From assembly GCA_965249955.1 (NCBI GenBank), contig OZ252261.1, positions 3,362,490 to 3,426,489 of the forward strand: a DNA stretch of 64,000 nucleotides, read 5' to 3'. This stretch comes from Bacteroidia bacterium (lineage in GTDB: Bacteria; Bacteroidota; Bacteroidia; UBA8524). This document shows, piece after piece, positions 31,187 to 41,104 of the stretch; the first letter of the stretch is position 1, and each line of letters begins with the position of its first letter. Under the pieces are notes generated by a model. That model was not told the DNA's origin. It worked only from the letters and a program-made list of their open reading frames with translations, and searched no databases. The position numbers and the translations under genes are program-made.

Positions 31187-31978
31187 ATGAAAATACTTAT
31201 CACACTAATGCTTGTAGTTGCGTTATCCTCTTGTTCTAATACAAAAGTTCAATCATCGGATAAAAATACATCTAATAGTATAGATAGTAACCAATTACGT
31301 ATAATAGAAAAATTAGAAGGTAATTGGTACAATGCCACTTATTTTGAGGTATTAGCTAAAACCAAGGATTATTTAAAAGCCTATGGAGAAGTAGATTTAT
31401 CAGTGACTTTAAGCATTGATAAGAAAGAGCTTTTATCAGATACGCCAAGGATATACTGGTTCGATTATGAAGCAGGTGGAGATTACTTTGCAGTGAGTTA
31501 TAAAGCTAGTTCTAATAAATATGTAATTGAGAATAGGGAAGTAAAAGGGGATGTGGTATATAGTATTGAAACGACTCAAGGAAATGATAGTTTTTACTTA
31601 GTCGCCAATGATGGTAAACGAGACCTTTTTTTACGAGACGATTATGAAAGCCATGAAGATTTTATGGGAAAATATTCCAAAGCAATGATAGAGGGCGACT
31701 ATTATGTGAAAAATGATACTGCTAAGCGTGTTAGTTTTATGCCTAATGCAAATTTTAAAGGGTTTGACGGGAAATATAAATACTACACACTAAATATATG
31801 GAGTGCTGATTTCCATGAATGTATCACACTTTATAATTCCCGAGAAAATTCTTTTAAAGAAGAGTTCTTTAAATATAAGATTTACAATGATTCGGTAGTA
31901 CTAAATAGGGTTGATGAATATCTAAATCCATTAGATTCTACTTTGGTATTATACTCTACAAATCTAAAACCTCAATAG
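31187..31978 (+). CDS. Hypothetical lipoprotein
   Basis: Lipobox ALSSCS; AT-rich with no recognisable domain. Confidence 0.45.
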   Translation: MKILITLMLVVALSSCSNTKVQSSDKNTSNSIDSNQLRIIEKLEGNWYNATYFEVLAKTKDYLKAYGEVDLSVTLSIDKKELLSDTPRIYWFDYEAGGDYFAVSYKASSNKYVIENREVKGDVVYSIETTQGNDSFYLVANDGKRDLFLRDDYESHEDFMGKYSKAMIEGDYYVKNDTAKRVSFMPNANFKGFDGKYKYYTLNIWSADFHECITLYNSRENSFKEEFFKYKIYNDSVVLNRVDEYLNPLDSTLVLYSTNLKPQ

Positions 31979-34229
31979 TGTAGGTAAAGTTTTTGGTTTT
32001 TGTTTCGCCTGCAATGCTTACGTTGGTTAGAGTTACAGTGTATACATTGCCTGCTTTTACTTCATCTTCCATTTGCCATACACAGGTATTTACAGCATAA
32101 CCTTTTACCACAGGTTCGGGTTTAATTTTTACGTTTTTACCCTTTAGGGTAACTTTAATTTTAGCCGAACTGAAATCAGCATTTTCCAGTGAGAAACTCC
32201 AACGTTTGGGCACAAGTTTTATAGGTGCAAAATCTTTGGGTGGCCAGCTAAAATACTGTGTTCCGTCCCAGTTAGGGGTACGGTCTTTTTCAGGGTTGTT
32301 AAAGTATTTACCAAAAACGTAAAGCGACATACTATTATCGGTGCTACCGTGTCCAAATACTTTATTGTAGGGGTTCAAAATCCAACGTCGGTGCCCCACC
32401 GATCCATTTCCTTCACCATTATCTTCCATTTGTCCCAGCAAAGCATTCGTGCCTGCATGACCTAACGATAAATTGCTGCTACCTGCTGCTTTTTTACCCT
32501 TTTGGCTAAAACATTTCCAGCTACTATCTGGCGCGTGGCTAAGTTCGTTGCGGGCTTTCATCATCAAGGCTGCAAGCTGCGCCATCTCGTTAAGGTCGGC
32601 ATCTAAAAAGCAACTGTCATACATACCCACTTGTCGGCGCAAATAGTTTAGCAGGTTGATAAACTTTTGCTGCGCTTCTTCACTTACCTTGCCGGGTGTG
32701 CACGAGGGCACATAGCAAACTACCTTCATTTCAGCATCATCCAATATCAGGTTTGGGGTATAATTGGCTGTGTAGTCTTTTACCACCATTTCTTTTTTCA
32801 GTTGCATCATGGTGGGGTGGGCAGGGTAACGCTCCAAACCTCTATAAGCAACTGTATAGAAGTGTGCAAAGTTGTTTTGTGCCGAGTACGCTTTTAATAC
32901 CTCTACATATAAGTTTTGCTCTAGTTGTATCAGTTTTTTATTATTGGGTGCGATAGCCAAAAAAGTCTCTGCTAAGTCTAACGACAGCTCATCTTTTGGA
33001 GCTTGTGTTAGTAAATCAACAAGTTTATCCTCAAGCGAAACCTGCATTGCAGCCAACATTGCCTTATCTTTTGGGTAAAGACTTTTGGTTTGTTGTAAAA
33101 AGTAAGAGGCCGCGCGGTAGTTTCCATCTTCTAAAATAAAGCCATAAACATATTGTACAACCGGTTGTCCGCCTTTATTGGCAATAGCAGTGTTGTAGCT
33201 TATTAACAAGCGAGTTATGTTTTTTAATCCCTCTTCTATACGCTTTATGTCTGAGTGGTCATACAGCGATGTTATAAAGCTGTTTATATAGCTTTGGGTG
33301 TAAAAGTCAGGGTTTTGCTGTTCGCATTTACGTATAAAATCAAGCATTAACTGTGTGTTGTCAATTTCATACTTAACCATTAGGATTAAAATGTGCTCGT
33401 TGGTTTGTTGCAACATTTCCTCAATGGGGTCGTACGCATCAAAGCAGCTATCTGCCCACAAAAGTTTACTAAGTAGTTGCTGCAAATCTTTCTGATAGTC
33501 TGATGTTATAGTGCTATTGTATTGCTGCTGTATTTGCCCCACCATCTCATTACGCACGAAAGTATCTTTAGGAAAAACCTCTACTCCTTTGCGAAGTATA
33601 TCTTCGGCATTGGTATAGTAGCGGCGTTTCAAATATTCATTCGATAGGCGAGCAAAAGCTTGGGGCAGTTTATCGTAGCTACTACCTTTTTTATAATCGC
33701 GGTATATACCCAACACCGTATTACGCAGCAATACAAAACCATCTTTGTTTTGGTATTCATCCTCAAGCATGCAAAGGCTTTTTTTGTATGCACTTGCTGC
33801 ATCGTTAAAAATGCCGTTTATATTGTCGTACAGGCGTATGGCATTGTTGCACTTGCCGTCTTTTACCAGCGCATCGGCTTTGGCAGTGGCCTGTACTTGC
33901 AGTGTAAAAAAATCATCTAAATACTTATCAAATAGTATAGCTTCGCCATCTTTTCTAGTAATTTTTCGGGCGGCTGTAAGGGCTTTGTTTACTGCTATTT
34001 TATTTTGTTTGTGGCTTTGGTCTTCACCAATAGCCAACCAGCTTTTCATTAAGTATACTTGCGGAATAAGCTCTTTTTTCTCGTTTTTGGCATATTTTTC
34101 AGCCTTTTTAATGCACTTATCGTATTTACCTGCATCAAATAGCTTTTGCAGTTTGGGAAACTCTTTGTATTGCGCGCCAACTGTGGCAGCCAATAGCTGA
34201 AATACAATTATCCATACCATTTTTTGCAT
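31956..34229 (-). CDS. Large secreted protein with an alpha-helical N-region and a C-terminal CAP/SCP (YkwD-like) domain
   Basis: Signal peptide. GHRRWILNP resembles the CAP-family GHRRNILNP motif. Confidence 0.5.
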   Translation of the reverse strand: MQKMVWIIVFQLLAATVGAQYKEFPKLQKLFDAGKYDKCIKKAEKYAKNEKKELIPQVYLMKSWLAIGEDQSHKQNKIAVNKALTAARKITRKDGEAILFDKYLDDFFTLQVQATAKADALVKDGKCNNAIRLYDNINGIFNDAASAYKKSLCMLEDEYQNKDGFVLLRNTVLGIYRDYKKGSSYDKLPQAFARLSNEYLKRRYYTNAEDILRKGVEVFPKDTFVRNEMVGQIQQQYNSTITSDYQKDLQQLLSKLLWADSCFDAYDPIEEMLQQTNEHILILMVKYEIDNTQLMLDFIRKCEQQNPDFYTQSYINSFITSLYDHSDIKRIEEGLKNITRLLISYNTAIANKGGQPVVQYVYGFILEDGNYRAASYFLQQTKSLYPKDKAMLAAMQVSLEDKLVDLLTQAPKDELSLDLAETFLAIAPNNKKLIQLEQNLYVEVLKAYSAQNNFAHFYTVAYRGLERYPAHPTMMQLKKEMVVKDYTANYTPNLILDDAEMKVVCYVPSCTPGKVSEEAQQKFINLLNYLRRQVGMYDSCFLDADLNEMAQLAALMMKARNELSHAPDSSWKCFSQKGKKAAGSSNLSLGHAGTNALLGQMEDNGEGNGSVGHRRWILNPYNKVFGHGSTDNSMSLYVFGKYFNNPEKDRTPNWDGTQYFSWPPKDFAPIKLVPKRWSFSLENADFSSAKIKVTLKGKNVKIKPEPVVKGYAVNTCVWQMEDEVKAGNVYTVTLTNVSIAGETKTKNFTYTIEVLDL

Positions 34230-34343
34230 ACGCTTGCGAAGTTATAAGAATAACGTCAGGGTGAAAATATCTATTGCTATTTATATTTTAAGAATGGGGA
34301 AGGTGAAAGAAATTAGGTGTTTTTTATTCGTTTTCTGTTAATA

Positions 34344-34440
34344 GGATTAAAACCCTATTCTGTTAAGATTACAGCGCATAGTGGGACTTAAGTCCCACTA
34401 TGGACTGTAATTGTAAAAACGGTTGGTTTCAACCAATTGT
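34344..34440. repeat. Structured intergenic repeat element, copy 3
   Basis: GATTACAGCGCATAGTGGGACTTAAGTCCCACTATGGACTGTAATTG with a GGTTGGTTTCAACCAATTG right hairpin. Confidence 0.75.
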
Positions 34441-34628
34441 AAATTAATCATCAATTACTAAAATGGCGATTGGTTGAAACTCACCCCAGTTTTATGGGAA
34501 AGCCGGAATTACATAACGGCGCCCCTCTCTTAAAAAAAGAGAGGGGTATTTATGAGCGTCGATACTAAACTTATTATTTGGGGTGAGTTGACAAAATACT
34601 AGTTATAGGTGTAATAAGGTATAGATAG

Positions 34629-34679
34629 CCACTATGCGCTGTAATTGTAAAAACGGTTGGTTTCAACCAATTGTAAATA
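34629..34679. repeat. Partial fourth copy (right half) of the repeat element; an approximately 50-bp direct repeat of copy 3
   Basis: CCACTATGCGCTGTAATTGTAAAAACGGTTGGTTTCAACCAATTGTAAATA. Confidence 0.65.
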
Positions 34680-34687
34680 ACCAATCA

Positions 34688-37192
34688 CTAAAAATAAGGG
34701 TCAACATCAACCTGCACCAATACTTTGCGGTTGTCTTTGTTTTCCATAAAGGTATCAATGCTGCGCTGTATGGTAGCTTTTACCCATTGCACCGATACTT
34801 TTTCGCGCTCTATTTTTACCATTATGTTACGTATGTACATATTTTTTAGTCGCGATATGTATGGAGCTTGAGGGCCTAAAATTCTATCGCCTAGTTTTTC
34901 TCGCAGTATGTGTGCCAGTTGGGCAGCCGCTATTTCTGTAACCTCAGCATCTTTGTGTTTTAGGCGCAAGTTTATAAGCTTGAAATAAGGCGGGTAGTGA
35001 AAACGATAACGCTCGTTAAGGTCGGTTTGATAAAACCCTTCATAGTCGTGTACTAGCACGTATTGTATAGTGGGGTGGTAGGGACGGCGGGTTTGTATCA
35101 ACACTTGCCCGTATTTCTCTTTTCGTCCTGCCCGGCCAGCCACTTGGCTCATTAGCGAGTAAGCACGCTCATTTGCTCTAAAATCAGGTTGGTGTAGCAG
35201 TTGGTCAGCATCCAAAACCACCACTAGCGATATATCGTCAAAATCCAAGCCCTTAGCCACCATTTGCGTGCCTATTAGCACATCAATATTGTGGTTTTCA
35301 AAATCGTTTATTATGCGATGGTAAGCATTTTTGGTGCGGGTATTTTCAAGGTCAAAACGTTCAGTACGGGCATTGGGCATAATCAATTGCAGTTCCTCTT
35401 CAATACGCTCGGTACCATAGCCCATCATTTCAAGGTGGTGGCTTTCGCAAGCCTCACACTTGTTGTAGGGGGCGTGTTGGTAACCACAAAACTGGCACTT
35501 AAAGGCACGGTGGTATTTATAGTAGGTAAGGCTTATATCGCAATTCTCGCATTTGGGCACCCAGCCGCAGGTTTTGCAAACGGTAATAGGCACAAAGCCT
35601 TTGCGGTTTTGAAAAAGTATGGCCTGCTCTTCGTTTTTTATGGTTTGGGTAAGCAAGTCCAACATGTGTTGGGTAAAAGGGCCTTTTAGTAGGTTTTTTT
35701 TGGCTGCCTCGGCCATATCAACAGTAAGTATTTGGGGCAGTTGTGCATGCCCAAAACGTTCTTCCAGTTTCACCAAACCGTATTTACCCGCTTTGGCATT
35801 GTAATAGGTTTCTACCGATGGGGTGGCTGTGCCCAATAGTGTTTTGGCTTGCCACAAATGGGCAAGGTAGATGGCTGCATCGCGACCATGATAGCGGGGT
35901 GAGGGGTCGTTTTGTTTAAAGCTGCCCTCGTGCTCCTCGTCAATAATTATAAGCCCTAGATTTTGAAAAGGTAAAAATATTGCCGAGCGGGGGCCTACTA
36001 TTACTTTGGCTTTTTGGTGGGCTACGTTGTTCCAAATTTCTACCCGTTCCTGCTCGTTAAAGCGTGAATGTGATACTGCTACATCGTTGCCAAAGTGGGC
36101 ACGCAATCGGCTTACCAATTGTATTGTAAGGGCAATTTCGGGCAAAAGGTATAGTACTTGCTTGCCTTGCTCTAAGGTTTGTTTTATCAGTTCAATGTAT
36201 ATGTGGGTTTTGCCACTGCCGGTAATGCCGTGCATTAGTACCACATCTTTTTCGGCAAGGGCGTTTTCTGTTTCTTCTAAAGCCTTTTGTTGCAAAGGGT
36301 TTAGGGTGTTTTCTATTAGTTGGGGTTGTGGCGTGTTTAGCCTATCAACCTGTATTTCTTCTTCAACAAAAACACCTTTTTTTACTAATGATTTTAAAGC
36401 GGTTTTGTGCGAAGTTTCAGGCGCTATTTCATCTTTAAAAATATCATCTTGTTGGTGTTGCAGGCTAAAAAAGTGCATCAGCACATCCAACTGTTTTGGG
36501 GCGCGTTTTTCTAAGCCGCTGAACAAATCGCGCAGCAGTGGCGAATCGTTAGCAAGGTCGGGGTTTAGGCGTACTATTGTGCGGGTTTTGGGTTTGTAGC
36601 GGTCTTTTATTTCTTCGTTTATGATGATAAACCCTTTATCGAACAGCGAACGGATAACAGGAAAGGTGTTTTTAATATTGAGAATATCGGCCACATCACC
36701 CAGTGCTATTTCTTGTCCTTTTTGATTTTTTATAGCGAAAAGAAGAGTTTCTTCTTTTTGGCTTAGCTCGGTATCGTCCATACCTTCGGCTAAAGCATTC
36801 CATTTTATTTTCGATTCACTTTCCAGCTTCATGGCCGATGGTAAGGCGGCTTTCATCACATCACCAATGGGTGCCATATAGTACTCGGCAATCCAATCCC
36901 AAAATTTTAGCAGGGTACTATTTACTATAGGCTCATCGTCTAATACATGTAAAATGTATTTTGCCTGATAGCCTTTTGGAGGATGTATAGATACTTCTCT
37001 TACAACGCCTGAGTATATTTTGCGTTTACCAAACTGCACTATTACACGCTTACCCACTGCTATATCATCGTTCATCTCAAAAGGCACGCGGTAGGTGTAG
37101 GCTTTTGGTAAACGTAGGGGTAAAACTACTTCGGCAAAAAGTGTTTCACGGTCTTGTGAGTCTGTTTCGGTATTAAACTGCAATAGCGACAT
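34688..37192 (-). CDS. priA: Primosomal protein N' (replication restart helicase)
   Basis: Walker A (GITGSGKT), DEEH box and a Cys-rich zinc-binding insert (CKTCGW...CENC...CQFCG). Confidence 0.95.
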   Translation of the reverse strand: MSLLQFNTETDSQDRETLFAEVVLPLRLPKAYTYRVPFEMNDDIAVGKRVIVQFGKRKIYSGVVREVSIHPPKGYQAKYILHVLDDEPIVNSTLLKFWDWIAEYYMAPIGDVMKAALPSAMKLESESKIKWNALAEGMDDTELSQKEETLLFAIKNQKGQEIALGDVADILNIKNTFPVIRSLFDKGFIIINEEIKDRYKPKTRTIVRLNPDLANDSPLLRDLFSGLEKRAPKQLDVLMHFFSLQHQQDDIFKDEIAPETSHKTALKSLVKKGVFVEEEIQVDRLNTPQPQLIENTLNPLQQKALEETENALAEKDVVLMHGITGSGKTHIYIELIKQTLEQGKQVLYLLPEIALTIQLVSRLRAHFGNDVAVSHSRFNEQERVEIWNNVAHQKAKVIVGPRSAIFLPFQNLGLIIIDEEHEGSFKQNDPSPRYHGRDAAIYLAHLWQAKTLLGTATPSVETYYNAKAGKYGLVKLEERFGHAQLPQILTVDMAEAAKKNLLKGPFTQHMLDLLTQTIKNEEQAILFQNRKGFVPITVCKTCGWVPKCENCDISLTYYKYHRAFKCQFCGYQHAPYNKCEACESHHLEMMGYGTERIEEELQLIMPNARTERFDLENTRTKNAYHRIINDFENHNIDVLIGTQMVAKGLDFDDISLVVVLDADQLLHQPDFRANERAYSLMSQVAGRAGRKEKYGQVLIQTRRPYHPTIQYVLVHDYEGFYQTDLNERYRFHYPPYFKLINLRLKHKDAEVTEIAAAQLAHILREKLGDRILGPQAPYISRLKNMYIRNIMVKIEREKVSVQWVKATIQRSIDTFMENKDNRKVLVQVDVDPYF

Positions 37193-37254
37193 GCGTGCGT
37201 AGCAAACTTACTAAAGTTTTTGGGTGAGGGCGAAAAAGAAAAGATAAACGGCAA

Positions 37255-37785
37255 TTATAATGCCTTTTTGCTTGTTTTTGCTTTCAGCTCGGCTTCAATC
37301 TTTTTAGGATATTCAAATAAGATTAGTTTACCGGTTTTTGGTGTAATTTCTTGCCAGCTTTTCACATCAAAGTCTATTTGTACCAAGCCACTGGTGGGCA
37401 TATTATCAATGGGCTGGCCTGTAAAATAATCAACAATAAGTGTAAACGAGGGGTTGTGGCCTACTAGCATCACTTTTTTCAGATTATCATCAAGGTGATA
37501 TAGTAAACGAGCTATTTGTGCCACATTGGCACCGTACAGCTCCATATCAATTTTTATGTTGCGTTCTTCGTATCCAATTCTATCAGCCACAATAAGGGCG
37601 GTAGTCATAGTACGTTTTGATGGGCTGGCAATTATTAGTTGTGGTTTAACGCGCAATGTACGCAGGTGCCTGCCCATTAGTGGCGCATTCTCTCTTCCTC
37701 GCTTGTTTAGCGGTCTGTCAATGTCAGAAAGTTCTGCATCTTTCCAACTCGATTTTGCGTGGCGAAGAAAATATATAGTTTTCAT
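37255..37785 (-). CDS. SixA-like histidine phosphatase family protein
   Basis: RHAKS phosphohistidine phosphatase motif; 176 aa. Confidence 0.8.
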   Translation of the reverse strand: MKTIYFLRHAKSSWKDAELSDIDRPLNKRGRENAPLMGRHLRTLRVKPQLIIASPSKRTMTTALIVADRIGYEERNIKIDMELYGANVAQIARLLYHLDDNLKKVMLVGHNPSFTLIVDYFTGQPIDNMPTSGLVQIDFDVKSWQEITPKTGKLILFEYPKKIEAELKAKTSKKAL

Positions 37786-37840
37786 AACAAGCCTTTTGCC
37801 TATCAGGGCATAAATATAGCATTAGCAGTTAAATATACTA

Positions 37841-38287
37841 TTATTTGCTAGTATTATGGGCTTTTTTTCTTTTGTCATCGTTGTGCACATAAAGATTTTT
37901 TATGGCATAATAAAACAATGTACCCCAACCAAACATAAGTAAAAGACCTCCCACCGGGGTAATTAAAAATACAAATTTTGGCAGATTAATGCTTAACACA
38001 TCACAAGCTACTATACCGTATAGCGAAAAACTAAAAAATAATATGCCTAGCGTAAAAGCTATGTAACTAATTTTTGCAAACGACTTACGAATTTTTCCTG
38101 CCAATGTACCTAAACCCAGCAAGGTTAAAGCACCATACATTTGGTAGCGAGCAGCCGTTTCTATTTGTCCCAATTGCTTAGTGTCAAGACTATCTTTTAA
38201 AAAGTGTGCTCCCATAGCTCCAATGGCTATTGCCAATAAGCCAAACAGTGCAGCCGCGGCAATTATTCTGTTTTGTATCCCCGTCAT
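37841..38287 (-). CDS. DUF423 family membrane protein
   Basis: AAALFGLLAIAIGAMGAH is typical of DUF423. The ATG at 38287 is preferred over the long ORF-track start at 38389. Confidence 0.65.
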   Translation of the reverse strand: MTGIQNRIIAAAALFGLLAIAIGAMGAHFLKDSLDTKQLGQIETAARYQMYGALTLLGLGTLAGKIRKSFAKISYIAFTLGILFFSFSLYGIVACDVLSINLPKFVFLITPVGGLLLMFGWGTLFYYAIKNLYVHNDDKRKKAHNTSK

Positions 38288-38431
38288 CAGTAAAAAAAGA
38301 AAAATAATACAAGTGCAAAGTTTCGATGATTTGTTCGGTATTATTACTAATGTTTTTCCACAAACTGTTTTTAATACCTTTATATGCAAATAATGTATTT
38401 AGCGTATTTTTGATGTTTTAATTCATAGCCT

Positions 38432-40975
38432 ATGAACAAGCTTTTATTAAGCCTCGTTATTTTTTGTTGTGCCCTACAACTATCTGCACAAAACTGGATT
38501 GGCGTTGCAAATGGCAACTATGCAGGTACTAATGGTGTTTATCTTAATCCTTCATCAATTGTTGATAGCCGTGTAGGTGGGTATATCAACTTTTTTGGTG
38601 TGGGTACTAATATGTATAATAACTATATTAGTTTTAGTGGGGATAAATCATTGTATCGTGCATTAAGAGACACAAGCACCAAGCTTACTGATGCAAATTT
38701 TAAAGAAAACCTTAATGGAAAAGATAAGGTTGTTAATTTTTCTACAGAATTGCGCGGGCCTAGCTTTATGGTTTCGCTTCATCCTAAACACGCAATAGGT
38801 GTTACTACCCGCAGCCGCACATTTGTGCAAGCAGTTGATGTATCGCAGCCTATAGCGCGTATGATACGTTGGGGTTTAGATGACTCTACAACAGGTTTTC
38901 AAGGCCCTGATGGGCTTTCTTATGAGCAATTGTATAGCGAAACTCGTTTTGGTATAAATGTAAACAGCTTTGCCGAAGTGGGTTTTACATACGCAGCAGT
39001 TATTTTAGATAAAAAAGAACATTTCTTAAAGGCAGGTTTTACCTATAAATACCTTGCCGGTTTATACTCGTTTTATTTTAAAAACGAAGGTGGCGGAGGT
39101 GTTACCATTAAAGGTGTTGACAGTATAACTTTTACCAATACAAACATACAGTACGGCTATGTAGGTGAAAATCTGTACAAAACCGATAGCAATAGCTATG
39201 GTCTTGATTTTGCTAGTGTTTTTGGCCCCAATAGGGTAGGCAAGGGCTACGGTATTGATTTAGGCTTTACCTACGAGTTTAGGCCTAATCATAAAGAATA
39301 CCGCTATAAACTGGACAATAAAGAACGTTGGGATAAAACAGAGAATAAATACTTTTTGCGTATTAGCGGTACACTTATGGATTTTGGGCGTATTAAATAC
39401 AGCAGCCCAAAATATGTACGCAGCAATACCTTGTCAAAAAATAGAACGGTTACATGGGGTAGTATAGATACTGTGGGGAAAATATTTGAAAGTGTAGATA
39501 ATGTTGGGGTTGATGAAAGTGTGCTTGATCGTTTTGATCGTGCCGCAGGTGCTGTTTTTGGTTTTGACGATAAGAAAACCGAGTTTACATCAAAACTGCC
39601 CACAGCCTTTAATATACAGGCCGATGTTAGGGTAGTGAACAATGTGTATGTTAACGTAATGTGGCTGCAAGGTCTTAGAGGAAAAGGAGCTATAGGAGCA
39701 CGCCAGTTTTCAATGTTGGCAGCAACGCCTCGTTTCGAAACCCGTTGGTTTGAAGCCTCTATGCCATTAGTGCTTAATAATGATTATCGTAATTTTTCTT
39801 TTGGGCTTTTTGCCCGTTTTGGCCCCTTCTTTATGGGGTCTGATAACCTAACAGGCTTATTTAAATCTAAAAATGTAAACGGTTTAGATTTTTATGCTGG
39901 TATGTCGCTACCCTTGTTTAAGCGTAACCCAAGGGATAGAGATAACGATGGAGTATCGGATAAAAAAGACCTTTGCAAGCGTGAAGCAGGTAAGTGGGAG
40001 TTTATGGGCTGCCCTGATAGGGATAATGATAGCATAGTTGACTCTAAAGATAAGTGTCCTGATGTGGCGGGTTTGCCACAGTTTGATGGTTGCCCTGATA
40101 CGGATAAAGACGGTATTGAAGACTCTAAGGACGAATGCCCTGAGGTATTTGGATTGGCTAAGTTTAACGGTTGCCCTGATACTGACGAAGACGGTATAGA
40201 AGATCGCTTAGATTCTTGCATTAATGAAAAAGGAATGCCCGAACTAAACGGCTGCCCTGATAGTGATGCCGACGGTATTATTGATAAATATGATGAGTGT
40301 GTAAACGAACCCGGTTTGCCACAGTTTAACGGTTGCCCTGATACCGATGGTGATGGTATACCTGATAAGCTGGATAAATGCCCCGGTAAAAAAGGCTTGG
40401 CTGAATACAATGGCTGCCCTGATACCGACGGCGATAAAATACCTGATAATATTGATAAATGCCCTGATGCAGCAGGTTTGCCACAGTTTAACGGTTGCCC
40501 TGATACCGATGGTGATGGTGTGCAAGACTATGATGATTTGTGCCCGCTTACCCCCGGATTAAAAGAAAACAACGGTTGCCCAAAAGTTGAAGAGAAGATT
40601 GAGATATTGGAATTGGATGAAGAGGAAGAAAAAGTGTTGCGTGAGGCCTTTGATAACTTAGAGTTTGAAACAGGAAAATCAATAATTCAGGCTGAATCAT
40701 TCAAAAGCCTAGATGAGTTAGTGGTATTAATGAATACAAAAACCAATTATCGCATATATATAGCTGGTCATACAGATAATGTAGGTAATGCCAAAGCAAA
40801 CCAACAATTAAGTGAAGACCGTGCCAACGCTGTGAAAAAATACCTTATTGATAAAGGTATTGCTGAAACACGTGTTAAAACCGAAGGGTTTGGCGATACT
40901 CGCCCCGTAGCAAGCAATAAAACCGCAGAAGGCAGGCAGAAAAACCGAAGGGTTGAGTTTAAAGTAATAAAATAG
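38432..40975 (+). CDS. OmpA family outer-membrane protein with a large beta-rich N-terminal domain and thrombospondin type-3 (calcium-binding) repeats
   Basis: Signal peptide, then a roughly 480-aa aromatic-rich N-domain. About 12 TSP3 repeats (CPDTDGDGIPD). The C-terminal OmpA peptidoglycan-binding domain has the motif IAGHTDNVGN...NRRVEF. Confidence 0.8.
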   Translation: MNKLLLSLVIFCCALQLSAQNWIGVANGNYAGTNGVYLNPSSIVDSRVGGYINFFGVGTNMYNNYISFSGDKSLYRALRDTSTKLTDANFKENLNGKDKVVNFSTELRGPSFMVSLHPKHAIGVTTRSRTFVQAVDVSQPIARMIRWGLDDSTTGFQGPDGLSYEQLYSETRFGINVNSFAEVGFTYAAVILDKKEHFLKAGFTYKYLAGLYSFYFKNEGGGGVTIKGVDSITFTNTNIQYGYVGENLYKTDSNSYGLDFASVFGPNRVGKGYGIDLGFTYEFRPNHKEYRYKLDNKERWDKTENKYFLRISGTLMDFGRIKYSSPKYVRSNTLSKNRTVTWGSIDTVGKIFESVDNVGVDESVLDRFDRAAGAVFGFDDKKTEFTSKLPTAFNIQADVRVVNNVYVNVMWLQGLRGKGAIGARQFSMLAATPRFETRWFEASMPLVLNNDYRNFSFGLFARFGPFFMGSDNLTGLFKSKNVNGLDFYAGMSLPLFKRNPRDRDNDGVSDKKDLCKREAGKWEFMGCPDRDNDSIVDSKDKCPDVAGLPQFDGCPDTDKDGIEDSKDECPEVFGLAKFNGCPDTDEDGIEDRLDSCINEKGMPELNGCPDSDADGIIDKYDECVNEPGLPQFNGCPDTDGDGIPDKLDKCPGKKGLAEYNGCPDTDGDKIPDNIDKCPDAAGLPQFNGCPDTDGDGVQDYDDLCPLTPGLKENNGCPKVEEKIEILELDEEEEKVLREAFDNLEFETGKSIIQAESFKSLDELVVLMNTKTNYRIYIAGHTDNVGNAKANQQLSEDRANAVKKYLIDKGIAETRVKTEGFGDTRPVASNKTAEGRQKNRRVEFKVIK
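39930..40580 (+). repeat. Tandem nucleotide repeats encoding the TSP3 calcium-binding motifs
   Basis: GGTTGCCCTGATACCGATGGTGATGGT occurs several times in this stretch. Confidence 0.6.
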
Positions 40976-41104
40976 GTCGCAGTCATTACAATCATAAATA
41001 ATCCCGTGTTACATCAGTAGCACGGGATTATTTTTTTGGTTATCAACACTCTGTGCGTGCATCTCACCTTAAAAAATTGTTATTTTGATGTAAATAAATT
41101 GCCC

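Noticed and set aside
34634-34849. 71-aa plus-strand ORF at the priA 3' end
   Set aside because: It overlaps the priA stop region and the repeat element, and has no coding signal.
39892-40410. 172-aa and 145-aa minus-strand ORFs (39892-40410 and 42631-43068) encoding Ser/Gly/Pro/Gln-rich low-complexity proteins
   Set aside because: They lie antisense inside the TSP3 repeat regions of the two OmpA genes. Their repetitive translation mirrors the sense-strand nucleotide repeats, so these are open-frame artefacts of the repeats and not genes.
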